The notes beneath the pieces were generated by a model. The model saw nothing but the letters and a program-made list of their open reading frames with translations. It made no database searches and was not told where the DNA came from. From NCBI GenBank assembly GCA_050949085.1, contig JBMNFB010000009.1, positions 352,446 through 416,445 of the forward strand: 64,000 bases of DNA, written 5' to 3'. Source of the DNA: Bacillota bacterium. GTDB lineage: Bacteria; Bacillota; UBA994; UBA5500. Of this stretch, positions 10,858 to 21,130 are shown one piece after another. The translations under genes were made by a program, and so were the position numbers. The stretch's first letter is position 1, and each line of letters opens with the position of its first letter.

Positions 10858-13302
10858 CTAACTAACCAGAGGAATGCTGGTTGTAGGCTTGTTCACACGA
10901 ACCGTGACCACAGTCATGTCATCGAGAACCTGATTGCGCGCATTCATGCTGGCTCGTTCAATCAGGTAGCGGGCCATCTCCTGTGGGTCGTCGTGATCGC
11001 ATTGCTGCAGCACGCGCGTAAACCACTCTTCCTTATCGGCGACATCCTTCTGCGAATCGAGAAGTCCGTCGGTAAGCATGATCAGAACGTCGCCGGGCTG
11101 CAGATTGATGCGATTACTCTCAATGTCAATCTTATGTAGGATTCCAGCCGGCAATGAACTGGATCCAATATATTCAACCTGATCACCGCGTTTGATAAAT
11201 GCGGCAGTAGCGCCAATCTTGGTCAACTCTGCAATCCCAGTATATAAGTCCAGCACTGCCAGGTCAACCGTAGCGAATGTCTCGCGCGTCGAGCGCAGCA
11301 TCAGGACCGAGTTGATCGTCTGTACCGCCGTCTCCTGATTGAACCCGGCCCGCAGCAGTGCATCGAGAATGGCTACCGTCGCCCGGCTTTCACGGCTCGC
11401 CTCAGGACCGTTGCCCATTCCGTCGCTGAGCATTACCGCCAGCTTGCCTCTGGGCAGTTCTTTGACCGATACCGTATCCCCGGAGACACCGCAGCCGGGG
11501 CGGGTCATCTGAGCGATCCCTGTTTCGATGTCCAGCGCCTGGCTGGTGGAAAGACAGAGGTTACACTTCCCCTTGCCGCTCCTTCCCGGGCAGCGGGCCT
11601 GCAGCCGCGTGACCGGGCGCCCCACGAGGGCTGATACCAGGGGGATGAGCTGCTCCGAACACTGGCTTTCATCCGGCTGACAACGCGGTTTGCTGAGAAT
11701 CACATCCACCCGATCGGCGCGCCGGTAGACCTCTACCTGGGGCACAAACAGCTTCAGCTTGCCGATCTCCTCCTTGATCTCTTCTGCCAGATCGGCCTCA
11801 AAATCCACATCCAGCCGCATCTCCCGACCGAGGCTGCGCATGATATCGGAGACGCCCTTCAGCTGGTTAGCCACCAGGCTGCGGCTGGCCCGCATCTGCT
11901 TCTGCCAGTAGAGGTTCACCTTATACACCTTAACCAGATAGTTGGCACAGGTGATCAGCTGCTCCGCCTTGCTGCAGTGCTGCCGCACCTGTTCCGGGAT
12001 CCGCTGGCTGGACAGCTCTCCCTGGGCATCGGCCAGAGCCAGCATATTGAGCATAGTATGGTAGCTCTTATAGAAGCTCTGTTGCCAGCAGCGGTTGAAA
12101 TGGGAACAGTTCTCGCAGACATCGGTGACGACATGATCCATCAGGGCGTTGAAATTCTTCTCCACCAGGAAGCCCTCGTCATCATCGTTCTCGGCGAAAG
12201 TGGTAGCCAACTGGTCGAAGACGACCTCCAGCTCGCGCAGGCGACTCATCAGGACTTGTTGGAGACGAGCGGCGTTGCCGTCAGCCACCTCAGCCACTGT
12301 CGCCAGAGGCATCTGCAGATGAGGCCGCAGGTAATCCAGCCAGCGGCGACCGCTGGCCAGGAACAGCCCGCTGGCCAGCAGAGATTGGTAGGCAATAAGG
12401 CGCAAGTCACCCGGCTGGCTGCCATAGACCGTCAGCAGCAGCAGTGCCACCGTGAAGCTGGCAGCGACACCGACCTTCCGCATATCTCTGAACAGCCCCG
12501 CCAGCAGACCAGCGAAGGCGTAGAGACCCACCTGCCCCAGCAGAGCTGGACTGGCCATGTTCAGGACAGCACCGATGGTTGCGCCGCTGGCCGACCCGAG
12601 GCCAGGACCGCCAACGTAGGCTGCCACCATCACGAAGTAGGCTGCAGCCAGCCGCTTCAGCGATAGTCCCATGACGGCCCACCCGTCGAGGCCGAGCAGC
12701 ATCGCCCCCATGGCGACGCAGATGGCCAGACCCTGCTCGGCGGTGAAGCGCATCGGCTCGTCCGTCAACAGCAGCCGAGTGGACTGGTTGAGGACGTAGA
12801 TCAGCACCGCCACGAGACCGGCCTCCAACAGCGTGCTGATCAAATCGAAGAGAGAGGGTGACTGGATCAGGAAAACCGGGAACTTGACCAGCAAGCAGCT
12901 GAGGCTGGCCAGAGCGATGCTCCAGGCGGCTGTGCGCCGTTTGCCGCCAAACAGAAATCGTTCCAGACTGATGTAAATGCCCAGGCTTCCCATCAGGCTG
13001 ACGGCAGCGCCTGGGGAGCGGAGCAGGGCACCGCTGGTCGTGGCCAGAGCAGCCAGCAGGCTGCGCTCCGGGCAGCACCAGCGCACCGTGATGAAAAAGG
13101 CCAGGGCGAAAGGAGCCAGTTCACCAAAGAGCACTGCACGACCCAATAACAGTCCGATCAACACCAGACGGAGATTGGTGGCATCGGTTACCGCGCCCAG
13201 GAATGCCTGGTACCGTGCCCGCCACACCTGTCGGGCCAGACGACCCTGCAGCGGCTCATACTGGCCAAAGGCGGGTGAATCGATCCTCGCTTTGTTTAGC
13301 AT
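10858..13302 (-). CDS. spoIIE: Stage II sporulation protein E (PP2C phosphatase)
   Basis: About 10 N-terminal TM segments plus a C-terminal PP2C domain (SDGMGNGPEA, MLTDGLLD). ATG 13302 is preceded by AAGAGGTGA at 7 nt. Confidence 0.9.
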   Translation of the reverse strand: MLNKARIDSPAFGQYEPLQGRLARQVWRARYQAFLGAVTDATNLRLVLIGLLLGRAVLFGELAPFALAFFITVRWCCPERSLLAALATTSGALLRSPGAAVSLMGSLGIYISLERFLFGGKRRTAAWSIALASLSCLLVKFPVFLIQSPSLFDLISTLLEAGLVAVLIYVLNQSTRLLLTDEPMRFTAEQGLAICVAMGAMLLGLDGWAVMGLSLKRLAAAYFVMVAAYVGGPGLGSASGATIGAVLNMASPALLGQVGLYAFAGLLAGLFRDMRKVGVAASFTVALLLLTVYGSQPGDLRLIAYQSLLASGLFLASGRRWLDYLRPHLQMPLATVAEVADGNAARLQQVLMSRLRELEVVFDQLATTFAENDDDEGFLVEKNFNALMDHVVTDVCENCSHFNRCWQQSFYKSYHTMLNMLALADAQGELSSQRIPEQVRQHCSKAEQLITCANYLVKVYKVNLYWQKQMRASRSLVANQLKGVSDIMRSLGREMRLDVDFEADLAEEIKEEIGKLKLFVPQVEVYRRADRVDVILSKPRCQPDESQCSEQLIPLVSALVGRPVTRLQARCPGRSGKGKCNLCLSTSQALDIETGIAQMTRPGCGVSGDTVSVKELPRGKLAVMLSDGMGNGPEASRESRATVAILDALLRAGFNQETAVQTINSVLMLRSTRETFATVDLAVLDLYTGIAELTKIGATAAFIKRGDQVEYIGSSSLPAGILHKIDIESNRINLQPGDVLIMLTDGLLDSQKDVADKEEWFTRVLQQCDHDDPQEMARYLIERASMNARNQVLDDMTVVTVRVNKPTTSIPLVS

Positions 13303-13693
13303 CAACCAGTCACCTCTTTTTCCTGACGTGTTTGAGCTCATTATAGGCAAGGAGTTTCCAGGCATTTGTCAGACTGTGCGACGACTATACAGAAAAATAC
13401 GACACAAACTGCAGACCATCTCGGGGGAGAACAGATATTCTCCCCAACATCTTGCGGCCAGGGCGCGCTGCACCCCGCTTCAACCGGGCTCGGATTAAGC
13501 AACACCTGCAGCAAGAGGGAGTGATTTGTCGAGCAACTCTGACTGTGCGACAAAAAAAGTTGTTCTAGTCCCTACCGCCAGTGCATAGAATGCGCACTTT
13601 TCCCCCGCGGCTCAGCCAGGGACGCCATGTGAACAGCTGAATGCGACGCAGTCGAAATCGCTCCTGCCCTCAGGTTCACCCTTTCCAGCGCAG

Positions 13694-13720
13694 CAAAAAA
13701 CCTCGCAGCTTTCTGCGAGG
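13694..13720 (-). terminator. Rho-independent terminator after the tRNA pair
   Basis: Minus strand CCTCGCAG-aaag-CTGCGAGG followed by TTTTTTG. Confidence 0.7.
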
Positions 13721-13733
13721 TCAAATTTGCGAT

Positions 13734-13809
13734 TGGTGCGCCATCAGGGATTCGAACCCCGGACCCACTGATTAAGAGTCAGTTGCTCTGCCAGCTGAGC
13801 TAATGGCGC
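13734..13809 (-). tRNA. tRNA-Lys (anticodon CTT)
   Basis: Manual cloverleaf: GCGCCAT/ATGGCGC acceptor, GCTC/GAGC D stem, ACTGA-CTCTTAA-TCAGT anticodon arm, TTCGAAT T loop, encoded CCA. Confidence 0.9.
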
Positions 13810-13814
13810 ACGTT

Positions 13815-13891
13815 TGGTGGCGGCGACTGGACTCGAACCAGTGACACTGCGGGTATGAACCGCATGCTCTAGCCAACTGAGCTACGCCGCC
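13815..13891 (-). tRNA. tRNA-Met, elongator type (anticodon CAT)
   Basis: GGCGGCG/CGCCGCC acceptor with G1-C72 paired, TGCGG-TTCATAC-CCGCA anticodon arm, TTCGAGT T loop, encoded CCA. A lysidine-modified tRNA-Ile2 cannot be fully excluded. Confidence 0.8.
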
Positions 13892-13968
13892 GCGTCAAGT
13901 TTACGGACAAGAGCTATTGTACAACATCATGGCCTAACGGTCAAGAGTTCTCGGCTCAGCAATATCTG

Positions 13969-14364
13969 TCAGGACCGCCCTCTACCTCCTGATGGCTGAC
14001 GGGACGAACGTGGCGAATAGCCGCCGCGACCACCGCGCTTGGAGTCGGTATTCTTGCGCAAGTGGGATAGACGTTCCTCGCTTTCCTTCATGAAGCGAGC
14101 CAGTTGTTCATCCAGAGAAACAGTGGGGCGCCTCTTTGCCTGGCGGATGGACAAGCCAATCTTGCCACGGCTATCGATGTTGATCACCTTGACAGTGATC
14201 CTGTCGTGCAGCTTCAAGTAGTCGTTGATGTCCTTCACATAAGCATCAGCGACCTCGGAGATGTGTACCAGACCGGTCTCACCGGTCTCTAATTCGACGA
14301 ACGCACCAAAATTGGTTATCCCTGTGACTGACCCGCTGACAATAGCGCCTACTTCTAAAGCCAT
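13969..14364 (-). CDS. yabR: S1 RNA-binding domain protein YabR
   Basis: GSVTGITNFGAFVELETGETGLVHISEV S1 fold. Synteny with divIC-yabR-tRNA in B. subtilis. Confidence 0.88.
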   Translation of the reverse strand: MALEVGAIVSGSVTGITNFGAFVELETGETGLVHISEVADAYVKDINDYLKLHDRITVKVINIDSRGKIGLSIRQAKRRPTVSLDEQLARFMKESEERLSHLRKNTDSKRGGRGGYSPRSSRQPSGGRGRS

Positions 14365-14467
14365 CAGTGGTTTGATTTCCCTCCATTTGAGATCGTGGCT
14401 AATCTCTAATGATTATACCCGAATTATTTTCTCGCTGCAATGTTTCCATCCAGCAAGAAACAACTGG

Positions 14468-14896
14468 TTAACGCTCTTCCAGCGGGCGCGCTGGCACGTA
14501 GACAGTATCACCTGGTTTTACCATGCCCATTCTGCGCGCCAGTTGTTCCAGGAACTGCGGGTCGTGCAAAACGCGGTAGAGCTCCTCTTGCAGCGCCTCG
14601 TTCTGCTCTCCGAGGGCCGCCTGCCGCTTGGCCAGGGTTTGATACTGCGCCTCCAGGGCCTGCATCCGCATCTCCTGGCGCACCAACTGAGACCCGGCCC
14701 AGACCAGATAGAGGAAAACAACGCAGAGCATCACGAAACGTGGCCAGCGTCGCCGTCGGGCCGCTGGCTGCTTGCGCCGGTTATATACTGGGGGCGGATT
14801 ATGCGCCGGAAATTGAATTATCCTTCTGGCTTTGGCCGGCATGAACATCACCTGCAGTTCCTGCTGAGAAGGGACAACCTGTCTTGTTTCTCCCAT
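14468..14896 (-). CDS. divIC: Septum formation initiator DivIC/FtsB family
   Basis: Single TM (FVMLCVVFLYLVWAG) followed by a coiled coil (MQALEAQYQTLAKRQAALGEQNEALQEEL). Synteny. Confidence 0.8.
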   Translation of the reverse strand: MGETRQVVPSQQELQVMFMPAKARRIIQFPAHNPPPVYNRRKQPAARRRRWPRFVMLCVVFLYLVWAGSQLVRQEMRMQALEAQYQTLAKRQAALGEQNEALQEELYRVLHDPQFLEQLARRMGMVKPGDTVYVPARPLEER

Positions 14897-14929
14897 TCTT
14901 CATGCCAACCCTGTTCTCCTGCTCACGCA

Positions 14930-15499
14930 TCAAGAATTTTCCGGTGGCGGGTTGATCAGGTGGGCGATCCTCTGCCACAGGGCGCGAAGCGGACGGATCA
15001 GGGCTGCGCCCAGCGAGGCGAAGCAGCCTTTCAGCCAGCCGGTAAGGGCGACCAGGGGCTGTAACAGGAAACAGATCAGTCGACAGAGCGGGTGAATGAT
15101 GAACCGGGTGAGCACGCGATACGGCCAGAGGACGATGCTGAGCACGACATCCAGAAGCCGGTTAACCGTCTCGGCCAGCCAGCTCACGGCAGCGAACAAT
15201 CCAGAGAGTAGAACAAAGTAGACCCTGATAACGCTGCGGCTAAACCAGACACTATAGATTAAGCCTCCCAGACCGAGGCAAGCAAAAACATAGAAGCGGA
15301 CTTCGCCCCGGTTGTATTGCACCAGGGTTGCATACACCCAGACAGTATAGGCTAGCCAGAAGAGAATATCGCAACAAGCCGTGATCACAGGCCCTGGATT
15401 GCTGAGGCGGCGCAGAACCCTATAGAGGTCAAGGGCCAGGCCGAAGGCCAGGCCCAGGAGCAGCAGGACCAATGCGTGTATTGCCTGGATTTTCGGCAT
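14930..15499 (-). CDS. yabQ: Spore cortex biosynthesis membrane protein YabQ
   Basis: Polytopic membrane ORF directly after yabP. ATG 15499 is preceded by GGAGGTG. Confidence 0.75.
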   Translation of the reverse strand: MPKIQAIHALVLLLLGLAFGLALDLYRVLRRLSNPGPVITACCDILFWLAYTVWVYATLVQYNRGEVRFYVFACLGLGGLIYSVWFSRSVIRVYFVLLSGLFAAVSWLAETVNRLLDVVLSIVLWPYRVLTRFIIHPLCRLICFLLQPLVALTGWLKGCFASLGAALIRPLRALWQRIAHLINPPPENS

Positions 15500-15615
15500 G
15501 ACACACCTCCACGCCATATCTGCATCATATGCTGCAGCCGGCAGCTAACGTGCAGAAGAATGCCTATGCAGGCAAGCATCAGGGGCAAACCTGCGCTTGC
15601 CCCTGTCCGTCTTGC

Positions 15616-15909
15616 TTATCTGAAGAGCCGATCCAACAACCCCTTGCCTTTGCCCTTGCCAGAGCGCAAGATGCCGCCCTCCAGATACTCTACGGTCTGC
15701 ACGACTCCCTCAACGCTGAGATGCCCCTGATCCAGGCTGAACTGCTTGATATGCAGATCTTCACCGCGAATCGCCATCATCCCCAACTCGGTCTCCAGGA
15801 TGATCTCCTGATCATCGAAGCTCTCCACATGCAAGACACCTTCTACCTCAACCTGCTCCCGGCCAGTGACAGTGATGCTATGCAAGGACTGCTGACTTGT
15901 CTGGTTCAC
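15616..15909 (-). CDS. yabP: Sporulation protein YabP
   Basis: About 97 aa, ITVTGREQVEVEGVLHVESFDDQEIILET pattern. Synteny yabO-yabP-yabQ-divIC. Confidence 0.85.
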   Translation of the reverse strand: MNQTSQQSLHSITVTGREQVEVEGVLHVESFDDQEIILETELGMMAIRGEDLHIKQFSLDQGHLSVEGVVQTVEYLEGGILRSGKGKGKGLLDRLFR

Positions 15910-16058
15910 GCCTGCCCCTCCTTCCGCTACGCATTCTGGTAGATACTATGACAGGCCTGCAGTGAATAGAACGAGCTTAGGCCCGTCTGCAGGCGCTGCC
16001 TGGGCAAGCGAGCGGGGCTATTGCAGTAACACACCCGCGGCCAGAACAGGCCCAGATC

Positions 16059-17024
16059 CTAGTCCCAGATCTTGTCGATAGAGACGTTCTGAAAGTAGGC
16101 TTTGACGATATCCTCGGCTTTCTCGCCACGCTCGGCCCGCCCCTTGGCTCCCCACTGGGACATGCCGACACCGTGCCCATAGCCCTTGCCGGCGATGATC
16201 AGGCGGTTACCTTCGACTTTGAAAGACTCAAGCAGCGTTGACTTCATCCGGGTCGAGCCGATAGCCAGGCGGAAGGATGGAGCGGAAACAGTAGCGTTAC
16301 CGATGCGCAGTCGGGTGGCGCGTCCAGACTCACCGCGATCGACGACCTCCACCGATCTGATCTGCCCCGGGTCTTGCCCGATCTTCTTCAGCGCCTGCCT
16401 GACCTCAGTCAGACTGAAGGATTCCTTCCAGCTCACCTGGTCGGCTGGCGCCGCCTCGACGCTGATCGCGTCTTCCACGGAAACGACATAGGGCGTAGGT
16501 TCCTTGTCGTACTCCAGCCCCTCGAGCGCGGTGGCCGTTCTGCCTCCCGAATTGGCGTGGAACCAGGCCTTCACGAACTTCCCCTGCCGATGCGCCACCT
16601 CTCCCCGGGTTCGCTCCACCGCCTGCCGCACATTGTCATTGATGCGGCTGGCGTCGTAGGCCTGAAACTCCTCGATATCGGTAGAGGCGTGGGCGCCCCG
16701 CTGGGGCACGCCGCCGTTCTGAGCGATCTTCTCCAGAGTAAAGGTGCGAGCGAGAATGGCCTGGGCTGCCAGCGCCTCCTCCGGCCAGGCGGTGTCCATT
16801 TCGGCTGCGACTACCCCGGCGATATATTCCTCAAACTGCATCTCCTGGACCTTTTCTTCCTCGGCGATCCACACCTTCAGCGTCGGCTCCTGCCGCTGGC
16901 CGCGGGCAATCGCCTCGGGGATGGCCGGAACGTCAGCCACCGGGCGACGCTGGGGCAGGCACGAACCGAGCAACAGCATCGCCAGTAACAGCGGGATCAG
17001 AAAAAGCAAGCGCTTGCGTTCCAT
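16059..17024 (-). CDS. spoIID: SpoIID/LytB-domain protein (stage II sporulation protein D-like)
   Basis: Signal/TM N-terminus and C-terminal GYGHGVGMSQWGA motif. ATG 17024 follows GGAGG at 8 nt. Confidence 0.85.
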   Translation of the reverse strand: MERKRLLFLIPLLLAMLLLGSCLPQRRPVADVPAIPEAIARGQRQEPTLKVWIAEEEKVQEMQFEEYIAGVVAAEMDTAWPEEALAAQAILARTFTLEKIAQNGGVPQRGAHASTDIEEFQAYDASRINDNVRQAVERTRGEVAHRQGKFVKAWFHANSGGRTATALEGLEYDKEPTPYVVSVEDAISVEAAPADQVSWKESFSLTEVRQALKKIGQDPGQIRSVEVVDRGESGRATRLRIGNATVSAPSFRLAIGSTRMKSTLLESFKVEGNRLIIAGKGYGHGVGMSQWGAKGRAERGEKAEDIVKAYFQNVSIDKIWD

Positions 17025-17097
17025 ATGGTCTGCCTCCATTCCTCAGGTTGTCAGGCATAGTATTGCCGCCTGAGCCAATGGATACGACAGTCGACCA

Positions 17098-17355
17098 TCA
17101 GAGCGCCCGCAAGTCGTCGATGATGGTATACAGGGTCGCGGCCTCGTCCTTGCGTACCGTCTCAGCCAATCGCTCGACCCTGACCCGCAGCACACGCTGT
17201 CCGAAATCGATGGTGAGCACATCGCCCACCTTGATTTCACTGCCCGCTTTAGCGGGGCGCCCATTGATCTGGACTCTCCCCTGGTCGCAGACTTCCTTGG
17301 CCAATGTGCGCCGCTTGATCAGGCGAGAAACCTTGAGATATTTGTCCAGACGCAT
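17098..17355 (-). CDS. yabO: S4-domain RNA-binding protein YabO
   Basis: MRLDKYLKVSRLIKRRTLAKE S4 motif, 85 aa, synteny. Confidence 0.88.
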   Translation of the reverse strand: MRLDKYLKVSRLIKRRTLAKEVCDQGRVQINGRPAKAGSEIKVGDVLTIDFGQRVLRVRVERLAETVRKDEAATLYTIIDDLRAL

Positions 17356-17445
17356 ACATATCCCCCTTCGGCAGCAGATTAATAAAATCAGGCCCGTAAA
17401 GCACGAACCTGATTTTAGGCAAAGCTGCTATGTAAGATAAGTTCG

Positions 17446-17718
17446 TTATTTGACGGCGTCTTTCAGGCCCTTGCCGGCCTTGAAGACGGGGACGGTGCTG
17501 GCAGGAATCTGGATCTCCTCGCCAGTGCCCGGGTTGCGACCGGTACGAGCCTCGCGATGCCTGGTCTCAAAGGTCCCAAAGCCGACCAACTGGACCTTAT
17601 CGCCAGCCTGCAGCGCTTCCTCGACTGTCTGGATGAAAGCATCCAGTGCAGCTTCCGATTGCTTTTTGTTCAGACCGGACTTCTCCGCCATTTTGCTAAC
17701 CAGATCTGCTTTCTTCAT
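17446..17718 (-). CDS. hup: HU family DNA-binding protein
   Basis: [16 protein letters not shown]...[36 protein letters not shown] precedes ATG 17718. The track ORF has a 39-aa spurious extension. Confidence 0.93.
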   Translation of the reverse strand: MKKADLVSKMAEKSGLNKKQSEAALDAFIQTVEEALQAGDKVQLVGFGTFETRHREARTGRNPGTGEEIQIPASTVPVFKAGKGLKDAVK

Positions 17719-17847
17719 TGCCCAAAAACCTCCTTTTGTTGGGTCTACCCTTAGCATTTGTTCGACGAATAATTGCCATATCCTTTTTTCTATGCCCAGC
17801 ACGACGAATTTTGTAAAAAATCCTTGTGGGGGCAAAGGTCGGTATCC

Positions 17848-19305
17848 CTACTGGAGGTGCTTGGCCTCCTCCCACCAGACATCCAGCTGCTCCAGATCAT
17901 AGTCGTCCAGCGACCTGCCTGCCTGTTTTGCCCGGTTTTCCAGATGAGTAAACCTCCGGCGAAACTTGCTGATGGTGGAGAGCAGCGCTGACTCCGGTTC
18001 GGCATCGAGGAAGCGAGCAACATTCACTACGGCGAAAAGCAGGTCGCCAACCTCCTGCCTGATCTGATCCGGCGACTGACTGTGCACCGCTGCATCCACC
18101 TCGGCCATCTCCTCGTGAACCTTGGCCCAGGCTCCCGTCACATCCGGCCAGTCGAACCCTACCTGCGCAGCCTTCTGCTGCAGCTTATACGCCTGCAGCA
18201 AAGCCGGCATGTTGCGAGGCACCGTCGCCAGCAGCGACTCCAGCTGCTGCCCGGTTCGTTCCTCAGCCTTGATCTTTTCCCAGTTCTCCTGAACCTCCGC
18301 CGCCGAGGTGACAGTCACATCGCCGAAGATATGAGGATGGCGGCGGCGCAGCTTGGCGACGATCAATTCAATAGGCTTGTCCAGGGCAAATTCGCCGTTT
18401 TCGCGGGCAATCTGGGCATGGAACACCACCTGTAGTAGTAAGTCTCCCAACTCGTCCGCCAGCTTATGCATATCGTTCTGGTCGATGGCTTCGAGCACTT
18501 CGTAGGCTTCTTCCAGCAGATATGGCTTGAGGCTGACGTGGGTCTGCTGGCGATCCCAGGGGCAGCCCTCCGGCGAACGCAACGTCTCCATGACAGCGGC
18601 CAGTTCTTCCAGGCGTTGGCCGGCAGTGCCCACATCGGGGCAACGCGGGACGAAGACACTGGTCAGATGATCATATTCCTGGTGATCCAGCTGCCAGAGG
18701 GGAAGACGTGTTGTCCGCAGCTGATCGGTTCCGGCCCCCTGGACGATGACTACTTCCCACTGATCAGGATAAACCTCCAGAAGGTTCAGCTTCAGGGTGC
18801 TGGCAATCAGGCGATCATAGACCTGCAGGTAGATTACGTTGCAGGCAGGGTAGATCAACAGCTCATCACCATCCAGCGCATCAGTAATCAGCAAGCCTTC
18901 GTTCGGGTCAACCGAGACCGCCTCGTAGACGGCCTCCAGACTGCTCATGCTGCTGGATAGCGAAACGCGCAGGCCACTGTCTGCGGCCCGCTCCAAAATC
19001 AATGCCACAGCGTACTCGCCCACCAGAGGATGACCAGGAACCGCATAGATCACCTGCTGGTGCTGCTGCAGCCATTCCTGCAGGCGCTGCCAGATCGCCT
19101 CATAGACATCAGCAAAGCTGGCCGATTGCTCATAGAGATCATCGCAACTGGACCAGGCAATTCCCGCGGCCGTCAGCTCCGGCACCGCCGGATGCTCGCT
19201 CGTCCGCAGCAGGACAGGCAGTCCGCTGTTAAGCAGACGCCAGCTCTTCACGCTTATATTCCCCAGCTCACCTGGCCCCAGGCCGACGATGAACAGCTCT
19301 ACCAT
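17848..19305 (-). CDS. yabN: YabN: tetrapyrrole-methylase-like domain fused to a MazG nucleotide pyrophosphohydrolase
   Basis: 485 aa. C-terminal tandem MazG repeats (LLEEAYEVLEAI, VHEEMAEVDAA). Synteny after yabM. Confidence 0.88.
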   Translation of the reverse strand: MVELFIVGLGPGELGNISVKSWRLLNSGLPVLLRTSEHPAVPELTAAGIAWSSCDDLYEQSASFADVYEAIWQRLQEWLQQHQQVIYAVPGHPLVGEYAVALILERAADSGLRVSLSSSMSSLEAVYEAVSVDPNEGLLITDALDGDELLIYPACNVIYLQVYDRLIASTLKLNLLEVYPDQWEVVIVQGAGTDQLRTTRLPLWQLDHQEYDHLTSVFVPRCPDVGTAGQRLEELAAVMETLRSPEGCPWDRQQTHVSLKPYLLEEAYEVLEAIDQNDMHKLADELGDLLLQVVFHAQIARENGEFALDKPIELIVAKLRRRHPHIFGDVTVTSAAEVQENWEKIKAEERTGQQLESLLATVPRNMPALLQAYKLQQKAAQVGFDWPDVTGAWAKVHEEMAEVDAAVHSQSPDQIRQEVGDLLFAVVNVARFLDAEPESALLSTISKFRRRFTHLENRAKQAGRSLDDYDLEQLDVWWEEAKHLQ

Positions 19306-19321
19306 TTACTCAACCCCTCCC

Positions 19322-20932
19322 CTATAACAGGCGTAGCCTGCGCAATAACGTCACCAGAGGTGCGCCGACTTTCGGAATCGCCTGCAGCTCGCGCTCGGTC
19401 AGTGCTCCCAACATCAGAACCAGCAGCCCGTAGACCAAAGCGGCGCAGCTGATGGCGGCGAACGTGGCGATAGTGTTAGAAAACAGCCTGCCAAACCAGG
19501 GATAGCTGAAGTAGGCGACGAGCCCCATGCCGAGGCTGGCCAGCGCAGGTTTGCCGAAAGCCTCACCCAGCGACACTCTGATTCCGGAGTAACGCTGCAT
19601 CGCGCGGAAGTTGAGCAGCGAGGACACGAGGAACCCGATCACTGTCGCCAATGCCGACCCCCGGATATTCAGCGCCGGCATCGCGGTAAGCACGTAGGTC
19701 ACGCCCAACTTGGTCAGGGCACCGATAGTCAGATTGATCACCGGCACATGGGTCTTGCCCAATCCCTGCAGGATTCCGGTCGTCGACTGCTGCACGGCCA
19801 GGAAAATGACCGTATAGGCCAGCACTGCCAGCGAGCCGCCCACCGCTGGCCCCATTTCGGCTCCATAGAGCAGGGTGCTGATCGGCACCGCCAGTACCGA
19901 GAGGCCGATGGCCGCTGGCAGGTTAAAAAGCATGGCCAGCTTGATGGCCAGGGTAGAACGACTCTGCATCTGCTGGCGGCGCCCCAGGGAGATCTCCTCA
20001 GCGATGGAAGGGATCAGGCTGGCCACCAGGGCGACGGTGAACATCTGCGGCAGGTTGATGAGCGGCGTAGCCATGCCCGAGAGCTGCCCGTAGAGGCCGG
20101 TCGCCTCGGCCTGCGAGAAACCGGCCACCAATAGCCGACGCGGCACGACCGCGGCGTCAATCAGCTGCATCAGCGGCAGCACGACGCCGCCGATGGTGAT
20201 GGGAATAGCCAGGGCGGCGAACTGCCGCACGATGCTGGCTGTCGTCTCGTCATCGGTCCGGCTGCGCCGCAACTGTCGCTTCGTCTGCGATCTGGATCGG
20301 GAGTAGGCCAAAATCAGGATCAGCAGCGCGCCGAGGCCGCCAAGGCTGACGCCGGATGAAATTCCACCAGCGATAGTCTGGGGCGATCGCCCGAGAGTGA
20401 GCAGATAGAAGCCCAGGCCGAGAGAAGCGCCGACACGCACAATCTGCTCCACCATCTGGCTGATGGCATACGGCACCATCTCCTGAATCCCCTGAAAGTA
20501 TCCGCGCAGCCCCGAGACGAGGGCCACGAGGAGAACGGCCGGAGCCATGGCCAGCAAAGAGCTCAGGGCCCGCTGGTCTCCCAGAACATTCTCGACCAGA
20601 TAAGGGGCCGCAAGCATCAGGGCGAGGGTTCCCACCAGTCCGACGATACCGAGAGTTAGCAGGGAAAACCGAAAAACCCGCTGCGCCGAACGGTAACGTT
20701 TCAGCGCCACCCGCTCGGCAATCATCTTGGCGATGGCAATCGGCGGGCCGGTGGTTGACACTGCCAGCAGTATGGAGTAGATGGGGTAAGCCATCTGGTA
20801 GAGCCCGGTGATCTCATCACCGGCGAAGCGTGCCAGCGGAATCCGGTAGACGGCGCCCAGCGCACGCACGAAAATACCAGCAACACTAAGGATTGCTGCG
20901 TTCTTGATGAAGCGATTATCCTGGTTACTCAA
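19322..20932 (-). CDS. yabM: MOP-superfamily polysaccharide/lipid II flippase (YabM/SpoVB-like)
   Basis: About 14-TM ORF. Synteny spoVT-yabM-yabN. TTG 20932 follows AAGGGGGAA at 6 nt (track start TTG 20962). Confidence 0.8.
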   Translation of the reverse strand: MSNQDNRFIKNAAILSVAGIFVRALGAVYRIPLARFAGDEITGLYQMAYPIYSILLAVSTTGPPIAIAKMIAERVALKRYRSAQRVFRFSLLTLGIVGLVGTLALMLAAPYLVENVLGDQRALSSLLAMAPAVLLVALVSGLRGYFQGIQEMVPYAISQMVEQIVRVGASLGLGFYLLTLGRSPQTIAGGISSGVSLGGLGALLILILAYSRSRSQTKRQLRRSRTDDETTASIVRQFAALAIPITIGGVVLPLMQLIDAAVVPRRLLVAGFSQAEATGLYGQLSGMATPLINLPQMFTVALVASLIPSIAEEISLGRRQQMQSRSTLAIKLAMLFNLPAAIGLSVLAVPISTLLYGAEMGPAVGGSLAVLAYTVIFLAVQQSTTGILQGLGKTHVPVINLTIGALTKLGVTYVLTAMPALNIRGSALATVIGFLVSSLLNFRAMQRYSGIRVSLGEAFGKPALASLGMGLVAYFSYPWFGRLFSNTIATFAAISCAALVYGLLVLMLGALTERELQAIPKVGAPLVTLLRRLRLL

Positions 20933-21072
20933 GCAGTGTTCCCCCTTCTCTCCCCGCTCCAAGGGCAGATCGCCACTCAGTGCTTGAGCCGCATGTTCTC
21001 CTAGAATCTATGCATCCCATATCTTATCCATTATAGCACTCAGGCCCCTTGCAGACGAGAAAACGCCAGGGC

Positions 21073-21110
21073 CAAAAACAGAGGCAGCCGAAACTCAGCT
21101 GCCTCCTCTG
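21073..21110 (-). terminator. Rho-independent terminator after spoVT
   Basis: Minus strand CAGAGGAGGCAGC-loop-GCTGCCTCTG followed by TTTTTGG. Confidence 0.65.
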
Positions 21111-21130
21111 TACCTTGTACCTTTATCTCC

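Noticed and set aside
17719-17835. N-terminal extensions of track ORFs (HU to 17835, Pth to 27029, L33 to 46651, Veg to 38306, HutH to 5891, CtsR to 62742, and others)
   Set aside because: Internal start codons with well-spaced Shine-Dalgarno sequences give proteins of the canonical family length. The extensions have no homologous counterpart that I recognise.
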